DNA of 32,000 nt from an uncultured Opitutales bacterium. GTDB lineage: Bacteria; Verrucomicrobiota; Verrucomicrobiia; Opitutales; Intestinicryptomonadaceae. Below are positions 26,352 to 32,000 of the stretch, piece after piece. The stretch spans positions 300,001 through 332,000 of the forward strand of contig CAKTSY010000003.1 of assembly GCA_934613415.1 (NCBI GenBank), read 5' to 3'. Under the pieces are notes generated by a model. The model searched no databases and was not told the origin of the DNA. It was given only the letters and a program-made list of their open reading frames with translations. Position numbers and translations under genes: made by a program. The stretch's first letter is position 1. Each line of letters begins with the position of its first letter.

Positions 26352-29300
26352 AAAAATTTGCAATATTTATAGCTTTATTTGCCGTTATTTTAGCGGCGGC
26401 TTTTGCCGCGCTTTTTAGCGAAGGCGTGCAGACAAAATTGGCCAACAAAATTTTGGCCGAAAACCTTTCGGGCTCTAAAGTGCAATCCGTAAAAATTTTG
26501 CCGAATTTTGCAAAAATAGAAAATGCCGTAATAGATACCGATTCGGCAACGCTTACATTTAAAAGCCTAACGCTAAAATATTCGTTGCTTAATGCAATTT
26601 TCGACAAGGAAATTAAAGTTGAAAATCTGGACTTTTGCGGGGGCGTTCTTCATATAAAAGAAAAACCCAAAGCCGAGCAAAACGCCACAGCGCAAGAAAC
26701 TGCAAAAAGCTTAAGCATACAAAAATCTGCAACCGAACCCTTAGCAAAAATTGCGGCAAAAGAAACAAAAGATCAGTCCCAAAGCGAATCTGCAAAAAAT
26801 TTCGGCTACAAAATTTCGCTTACAAACGCAAAAGCCGACATTTCCTTGCTCGACAAAAACACGCCATTGTGCAGTGCCGAAATTTCGGTTAAAGATTTTT
26901 ACGCAGGCAAAAATTTTGCCGTGCAAGCCCTTGTATTTTCGGCAAAAGTAAAATCGGCAAGCACGCCCGATTTTATTTCGGCGCAGGCGTCTTTGCTAGA
27001 CGACGCAAACGGCAAAACACTAAACGCGCTGGCCTCGTTAAACGGCAAAGAACTGCTAAAGGCAAACGGCAAACTCGGCAAAAATTTCGAGAATGCAAAC
27101 CTTTCGCTTTCCTGCAAGGCAACCGAAAACGATATCAAAAATTTTGTGCCTTTGCGCGGCGCAAAATTTGCATGCGACATCTTTGCAAAACTAAACGCAC
27201 AAAACGGGCTAAACAGTGTTTCGGGGCTATCAAGAATTTTGCTAGAGGGCAAAAATTTGGGCAATATAAACGAAAACTTAAATCTTTTAAGCGCGCCTAA
27301 AATAGACGCCGTTTGCGAATTTTCGGGCAATATGAACAGTGCGCAAATCTCGTCGCTTTCGGCAGAAATTTTCGACGAAAACACCCCTCTTTTAAAAATT
27401 TCGCTCGAAGAAAACGCCGCATTCAACTTTTCGAACAAAAGCTTTGAAAAGGCCCCGAAAATAATTTTGCAGCTAAACGAAATCCCCCAAAGCGTTTTCA
27501 AAAAATTTATACAAAATGCAGACTTTTCGGTAAAAAGAATGGGCGCCGTTTTCCTTATAGAACCCGACTTGCAAAAAAATTTACTTTCAATAAAAACGCA
27601 AAAAAGTTTTTACGCCGAAAATATTTCGCTAATAAAAAACAAACGCCAACTTTTGCCGGAATCCCTGTTTTTTAGCGCAGATTTTAACGCGCTATTCCCG
27701 CTAGACTTTTCGGCGCAAAAGGCATCTGGCAAGCTTTATATTTCGGCAAACGGGCAAAACGGCATAGGCAACAACTTTTCGTTTTCGGGCAAAAACGGAG
27801 TGTTCGAATTTTCGGTAGAAAGCCTCGGCAACATAGGCGGCTTTTTAAACGCAAAAAATTTGTCGGACTTTTCGGGCAATATTGCAGGCTCGTTTAAAGA
27901 CGGCATTGTTTCGCTAAAAAGGTGCGACTTAGCACAGCAAGACAACAACGGAGCAAAGGTTTTAAGTCTTTCTTTTGCGGGCGACATAGATACAAAAAAA
28001 CCGCTGCAAAGAGATTTTACCGCTTCCATTAACTTGAATAACTTTCCGCTCTTTTTGCTACAACAATTTGCGCCAAACTTTTATGCAAAAGCAGCCTCGG
28101 GCAAGCTAAGCGCCAATAATAAAAATAGCGTTTTAGATTTTTCGGGCAATATTTCCGCCGAAAGTATTTCGTATACAAACGGCGACAAATACGTTATAAA
28201 AAACACCGATGCCAAAGCGAACCTTTCGGGCAAACTAAGCGAAACGCAACTGCTTGCCAACGCCGAAAAAATTTCGCTTTCAAAAAACTCTTTGGAATTT
28301 TTCGACGCTTCGGGCAAAGCCGAAATTGCCCTTGACAGCGCCGCAATTAAAAATGCCTCGGGCAAAGCAAAAATTGCGCTGCCAAAGTTTATGGACATTG
28401 CCGCAGTAAGCGACTTTAACAACATTCTTTCGGGGCTTGCAGAAGTCGCGTTTACAATTAAAGACAAAGACCTAAATCTTTCTGGCAAGCTATTTAACCT
28501 TACCCCGAAAACAAAAGCGGCAAAGATAGAGACTATGGATTTGTCTACCGAAATTAAGGATTTTTACAATCTAAATAAAGCAACGCTTAAAACGCAAATC
28601 TTCTCGAAGCAGGGAAATTCAGACATCGAATTTCAGGCAAACAAGCAGTCGAAAAATAGCTACACTTTAACGCTTAATTCGAAGCGTTTGGAATGCAACC
28701 ACTTTGCCGTTTTGGCGGAATTGTTCAACAAGCCTAAGGGGGTAAAAAGCGCAAATAATGCTTCTAAAACCCAAACATCAACCGCCCATAGCAAAGCCAA
28801 AAGCCTGCCACAAACAACAAATTTTGCGGCCGCAAATGCAGGCGCACAAAGCGCGCCAACACAAGCTAAAAAGGCTGTTTGGAATTTCGGCTACAACATT
28901 TCGCTTACTTCTAAGCTAAACGAAATTTATTTTAACGAAAAAGAACTTGCCAAACAGCTTAAGCTTTTGGCGGAACTAAACAATACCTCCATTCAAATAA
29001 AAAGTTTGGATTTTATTTCGTGCAAAACGCCGTGTTTGGCAAATGCAAAGCTTTTGTTTGCCGACAATTTCTACAACTTAAGCGCGTTAAATTTCTCCGC
29101 AAAAGACGCCGACTTTTCGGACTTTACCAAGTTCGAAAATTCAAGCAGCAACGCGCTTGACGGGCTTTTCGACATAGAAATTTCGGCAACGTCTAAAGCC
29201 AAAACGCCGAACAAACTTGCCGAAAACCTGCTCGCAAAACTTTCGCTAAAAAATACAAAAGGAGGCGTGCTGCGCCTTATAGACCCAGATTCTAACACAG

Positions 29301-29785
29301 GGGCGGTTATGGGAATTGCCCAAAGCGCGCTAAAGATAGGAGCCAGCCTTTTGTCCGACAAAGTGAAAGAAACAAAGGGCATAGAAGCGGTATATTCTAT
29401 GTTCAGAGAATTCAAGTTCGACACCCTCTCGTTTGCGCTGGAAAGAAACGCCGACAAAAACATAGAAATTAAAACCGGCGAAATTGTCGGCAAAGAAATT
29501 ACAATTTGCGCCGACGGGAAAATTGCATATGCTGAAAACTTGCCCTTTAATTTGTATCCGCTTAGTGCAAAGGGGCGCGTTTATGTAAAGAACGGCGACA
29601 CCGAATTTTTGTTTAAAAAATTGGGTTTAATTAAAAGTGCAACATCGCCCATAAACGGCTACAGCACTGGCCCCGAATTCGACGTTTACGGCAACTTGCA
29701 GTCGCCAAAAAACAACCTTTCGGAAATTTTAAAAGACGTAACCGCAACGGGAGCGGCTTCTCTTATAAACTCTTTTTTAAAATAG
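26348..29785 (+). CDS. Large N-terminally anchored envelope protein, AsmA/TamB-like (putative periplasm-spanning lipid-transfer protein)
   Basis: 1145 aa. Single N-terminal TM segment (FAIFIALFAVILAAAFAALF), then a long region rich in N/K/S/A/F with alternating beta-strand-like patterns and recurring (A/L)SGKL strand starts. The C-terminal region (FKFDTLSFALERNADKNIEIKTGEIVG...) resembles AsmA-family ends. The ORF itself is certain; the family assignment is by pattern only. Confidence 0.5.
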   Translation: MKKFAIFIALFAVILAAAFAALFSEGVQTKLANKILAENLSGSKVQSVKILPNFAKIENAVIDTDSATLTFKSLTLKYSLLNAIFDKEIKVENLDFCGGVLHIKEKPKAEQNATAQETAKSLSIQKSATEPLAKIAAKETKDQSQSESAKNFGYKISLTNAKADISLLDKNTPLCSAEISVKDFYAGKNFAVQALVFSAKVKSASTPDFISAQASLLDDANGKTLNALASLNGKELLKANGKLGKNFENANLSLSCKATENDIKNFVPLRGAKFACDIFAKLNAQNGLNSVSGLSRILLEGKNLGNINENLNLLSAPKIDAVCEFSGNMNSAQISSLSAEIFDENTPLLKISLEENAAFNFSNKSFEKAPKIILQLNEIPQSVFKKFIQNADFSVKRMGAVFLIEPDLQKNLLSIKTQKSFYAENISLIKNKRQLLPESLFFSADFNALFPLDFSAQKASGKLYISANGQNGIGNNFSFSGKNGVFEFSVESLGNIGGFLNAKNLSDFSGNIAGSFKDGIVSLKRCDLAQQDNNGAKVLSLSFAGDIDTKKPLQRDFTASINLNNFPLFLLQQFAPNFYAKAASGKLSANNKNSVLDFSGNISAESISYTNGDKYVIKNTDAKANLSGKLSETQLLANAEKISLSKNSLEFFDASGKAEIALDSAAIKNASGKAKIALPKFMDIAAVSDFNNILSGLAEVAFTIKDKDLNLSGKLFNLTPKTKAAKIETMDLSTEIKDFYNLNKATLKTQIFSKQGNSDIEFQANKQSKNSYTLTLNSKRLECNHFAVLAELFNKPKGVKSANNASKTQTSTAHSKAKSLPQTTNFAAANAGAQSAPTQAKKAVWNFGYNISLTSKLNEIYFNEKELAKQLKLLAELNNTSIQIKSLDFISCKTPCLANAKLLFADNFYNLSALNFSAKDADFSDFTKFENSSSNALDGLFDIEISATSKAKTPNKLAENLLAKLSLKNTKGGVLRLIDPDSNTGAVMGIAQSALKIGASLLSDKVKETKGIEAVYSMFREFKFDTLSFALERNADKNIEIKTGEIVGKEITICADGKIAYAENLPFNLYPLSAKGRVYVKNGDTEFLFKKLGLIKSATSPINGYSTGPEFDVYGNLQSPKNNLSEILKDVTATGAASLINSFLK
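26798..26824 (+). repeat. Copy 1 of an intragenic 27-nt repeat (encodes NFGYKISLT)
   Basis: AATTTCGGCTACAAAATTTCGCTTACA. It matches 28883..28909 at 25 of 27 nt. Confidence 0.9.
28883..28909 (+). repeat. Copy 2 of the intragenic 27-nt repeat (encodes NFGYNISLT)
   Basis: AATTTCGGCTACAACATTTCGCTTACT. It is in the same frame, 2085 nt downstream of copy 1. Confidence 0.9.
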
Positions 29786-29791
29786 CTATCT

Positions 29792-30568
29792 ATGGAAAAT
29801 AAAATTACAACACACGATATTTTGCAGGCAAAAAACGTACGCAAGCTTGCAATGATTACCGCCTACGACGCATTGTTCGCGCATTTGGCAGACTTGGGCG
29901 GAGCCGATATGATTTTAATAGGCGACTCGGTAGGCAACAATTTTTTGGGCTTCGACAGCACAATACCCGTAAGCCTTGCCGATATGTTGCACCACACAAA
30001 GGCGGTTGCCAGGGCAAACACAAAGGCTTTGGTTGTTGCCGATATGCCCTTTTGCGAAGCAAACTACTCTTTCGACAGGCTGTTGGATTCGGCAAAGTCG
30101 CTTATTCAGGCGGGGGCAAGCGCGATTAAGATTGAAGGCGCAGGCTCTATTGCCGAAAAGATTGCGAAGCTTACCGAAGCCGGAATTGCCGTTGTTGGCC
30201 ACATTGGGCTTCAGCCGCAGCAGTTTTTAAAACTGGGCAAATACCGCAAATTCGGCAAAACCGAAGACGAAAAAAACAGGCTTATTAGCGAAGCCAAGCA
30301 GCTTGAAAAAGCGGGAGTATTTGCCATTGTTTTGGAAATGACAGAGGCTGCAACTGCAAAGGCAATAAGCAAAAGCGTTTCGGTGCCAACAATAGGCATT
30401 GGGGCGGGCCCGCACTGCGACGGCCAGGTTTTGGTTATGACCGATATGCTGGGCTTAAACGACTTTTCGCCCAAATTCGCAAAACGCTACGCCAATTTAA
30501 AAGAACAAATTGTTAACGCCTATTCGCAATATGTGTCGGAAGTTAGAAGCGGAAAATTCCCCGAATAG
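29792..30568 (+). CDS. panB: 3-methyl-2-oxobutanoate hydroxymethyltransferase (pantothenate pathway)
   Basis: 258 aa. MITAYD, ILIGDSVGN, VVADMPF, IKIEGA, GHIGLQPQ and IGIGAG are the canonical PanB blocks. Confidence 0.9.
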   Translation: MENKITTHDILQAKNVRKLAMITAYDALFAHLADLGGADMILIGDSVGNNFLGFDSTIPVSLADMLHHTKAVARANTKALVVADMPFCEANYSFDRLLDSAKSLIQAGASAIKIEGAGSIAEKIAKLTEAGIAVVGHIGLQPQQFLKLGKYRKFGKTEDEKNRLISEAKQLEKAGVFAIVLEMTEAATAKAISKSVSVPTIGIGAGPHCDGQVLVMTDMLGLNDFSPKFAKRYANLKEQIVNAYSQYVSEVRSGKFPE

Positions 30569-31085
30569 CAAAGCCTATTATGTTGCCGCTTCTAAAATTC
30601 ACGGCAAGGGGCTTTTTGCCGCGCGAAACATAAAAAAAGGCGAGCGCATAATAGAGTATTTGGGCGACAGAATTTCGGCCGACGAAGCCGACAAGCGCGG
30701 CGTTGAATACGAAAAAACCGCGCACGAAACGGGCAAGGGAGCAGTTTACATTTTCGAAGTTAACGACGACTTGTATATAGACGGCAATTTCGACTATAAC
30801 GACGCAAAATACATAAACCACGCCTGCCGCACAAACTGCCAAGCCGTAGAGGAAGAAGGCCGCATTTTTATAGAAACAACAAAAGACGTTTTAAAGGACG
30901 AAGAGTTTTTGTATAACTACGGCTACGCTTTTGAGCACTTTTTAGAGCACCCCTGCAAATGCGGGTTTCCCGAATGTTGCGGCTACATTGTTGCCGAATG
31001 CGACAGGCCAAAGCTAAAAAAAATGCTTAGGGGCAGACGCCCTAAATGGCTAAAAAACCGCCCCGAAAACAAAAACTTAAAATAA
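30531..31085 (+). CDS. SET-domain lysine methyltransferase with a post-SET Cys motif and a basic C-terminal tail
   Basis: SKIHGKGLFA, YINHACRTNC (NH-x-C; Asn-His at 30816..30821), EEFLYNYGY, and post-SET CKCGFPEC. The first ATG in frame is 30531; the ORF-track start at 30510 is a TTG. Either start lies inside panB (38 or 59 nt overlap, different frame). Confidence 0.8.
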   Translation: MCRKLEAENSPNSKAYYVAASKIHGKGLFAARNIKKGERIIEYLGDRISADEADKRGVEYEKTAHETGKGAVYIFEVNDDLYIDGNFDYNDAKYINHACRTNCQAVEEEGRIFIETTKDVLKDEEFLYNYGYAFEHFLEHPCKCGFPECCGYIVAECDRPKLKKMLRGRRPKWLKNRPENKNLK

Positions 31086-31100
31086 AGTTTGCGCCTAAAA

Positions 31101-31970
31101 TTAAATTTCAAAACCCAAAACTTTTTTGGCGTTGTTTTCGAAAAAGTCGGGCAAAAAGCTTTCGGGCAAGTTTTGCGCGGCTTCGTATTTAAGGGTTTTT
31201 ATGTCGGCCGTTTTTTGTGTTTTTGGATACAGCCTAAGCGAATAGTCGCTGCCGAAAAGCAGGTTGCCGCCAGAATTTTCGAACGCCGTTTGCCACTGTT
31301 CTTTGCCGTATAAAAGAGGAAAGGCTGCGCTGTCGAAAAAGGCGTTCTTCTTTTCGAATTTGCGGCGCAGAATTTCGCCGCCTGCCAAATGCGCAAAAAT
31401 AAAGTTTATGTTTTCGAATTTGTCGGCAAGCGCAAACGCCGCATTGTTGTCGGTAAAAATCTTGCCGCTATACATCTTGCCGAAAGGGTCGCCCAAATGC
31501 AGGCAAACGGGCAAATTTTCGGCGTCGCATATCTGCATAAGCTTTAAAAATTCGGGGCTGCTATACGAGAAGTTTTGGACGGCGTCGCACAATTCGCCCA
31601 CGCCGCAAAAGCCGCGGCTTCTTGCGCTTTGCAAAATCTTTTTTGAGCCCTCAAAATCGGCGGGGTTTATCGCGGCAAAAGCCGAAATTCTGTTTGGGTG
31701 CGCCTTTGCAAATTCAAGAGCCGCATCGTTTGCATACATGCAGGTTTTTGTATTTTGCCAATAGGCACCGTTTAAAACGCACCTTTTTATGCCGGCATTG
31801 TCCATAGCCGCTAAAAAGGTTTCCTTTTCGGTAAAATCCTGCAAGGTTTTGCGGTTTTGCGGTGCTAAAAGCGAACCCCAATATGGTTCGTTTTGTTGCT
31901 CGCACCAAAGCTTTGCCGAAGTTTTAAAGGGCAAAAAAAAGTGCGTATGTATGTCCGCAAAATTTGCCAT
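31101..31970 (-). CDS. Metal-dependent amidohydrolase-2 / TIM-barrel hydrolase family protein
   Basis: N-terminal ADIHTHFF (the D-x-H-x-H metal motif), then later VCLHLG and IFAHLAGGE. I chose ATG 31970; the ORF-track start at 31994 is a TTG. The substrate is unknown. Confidence 0.6.
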   Translation of the reverse strand: MANFADIHTHFFLPFKTSAKLWCEQQNEPYWGSLLAPQNRKTLQDFTEKETFLAAMDNAGIKRCVLNGAYWQNTKTCMYANDAALEFAKAHPNRISAFAAINPADFEGSKKILQSARSRGFCGVGELCDAVQNFSYSSPEFLKLMQICDAENLPVCLHLGDPFGKMYSGKIFTDNNAAFALADKFENINFIFAHLAGGEILRRKFEKKNAFFDSAAFPLLYGKEQWQTAFENSGGNLLFGSDYSLRLYPKTQKTADIKTLKYEAAQNLPESFLPDFFENNAKKVLGFEI

Positions 31971-32000
31971 TACATGCAAAGGAAATAAATGCAAAGCACT

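Noticed and set aside
21446-31085. Eight co-directional genes with gaps of 22 nt or less (dsbD, lysA, thioesterase, GT-C, AsmA-like, panB, SET), considered as a single functional system.
   Set aside because: The functions are heterogeneous (redox, lysine, pantothenate), so tight packing alone is not evidence of a shared pathway. Only the thioesterase/GT-C/AsmA-like sub-block is reported as a finding.
1-32000. I looked for CRISPR arrays, transposase or integrase genes, long inverted or direct repeats, tRNA/rRNA/ncRNA genes, and defence-system genes.
   Set aside because: None was seen. The intergenic spaces are all 151 nt or shorter and are accounted for by terminator hairpins or promoter-like AT-rich sequence. 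No recombinase, nuclease or toxin-like ORF is present.
1-32000. I searched the C-termini of all ORF-track proteins for PEP-CTERM-like sorting signals (motif, TM helix, basic cluster) as exosortase cargo.
   Set aside because: No candidate was found. The giant protein ends in ...TATGAASLINSFLK, which is too short and lacks the motif. Cargo, if any, must lie outside the window.

Overview
This 32-kb window is a compact bacterial chromosomal segment, about 95% coding, with short or overlapping gene junctions. I saw no rRNA, tRNA, CRISPR array or mobile element. The envelope genes (mreBCD-mrdA, DsbD, an AsmA-like protein, Arn-type genes, exosortase) point to a diderm organism. All calls rest on reading the supplied translations and the DNA by eye. 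No searches were run, so family names come from motif recognition.

Gene content, in order:
- 3' end of a STAS anti-sigma antagonist
- proS (archaeal/eukaryote-like type)
- Minus-strand string: EpsI, exosortase, DEAD-box helicase, then a GH97 glycosidase
- potABCD polyamine ABC operon (minus strand)
- ATP-grasp ligase
- Plus-strand operon: a second, divergent exosortase-like membrane protein, a GlcD-like FAD oxidase, arnC, and a stand-alone arnA formyltransferase domain
- mreB-mreC-mreD-mrdA plus a small secreted unknown protein (minus strand)
- A long plus-strand string: dsbD-like, lysA-like, YbgC-like thioesterase, GT-C membrane glycosyltransferase, a 1145-aa AsmA/TamB-like protein, panB, and a SET-domain methyltransferase
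- A convergent amidohydrolase

Most of this is ordinary housekeeping. Three things deserve a second look:
1. Two exosortase-family paralogues lie 6 kb apart. The second is co-operonic with an Arn-type polyprenyl-phosphate amino-sugar module, and no PEP-CTERM cargo is visible in the window.
2. The GT-C gene and the giant AsmA-like gene overlap by ATGA, and the giant protein carries an internal linker-plus-motif duplication conserved at the nucleotide level.
3. A bacterial SET/post-SET protein has a start buried inside panB.

None of these is proven novel from sequence alone.
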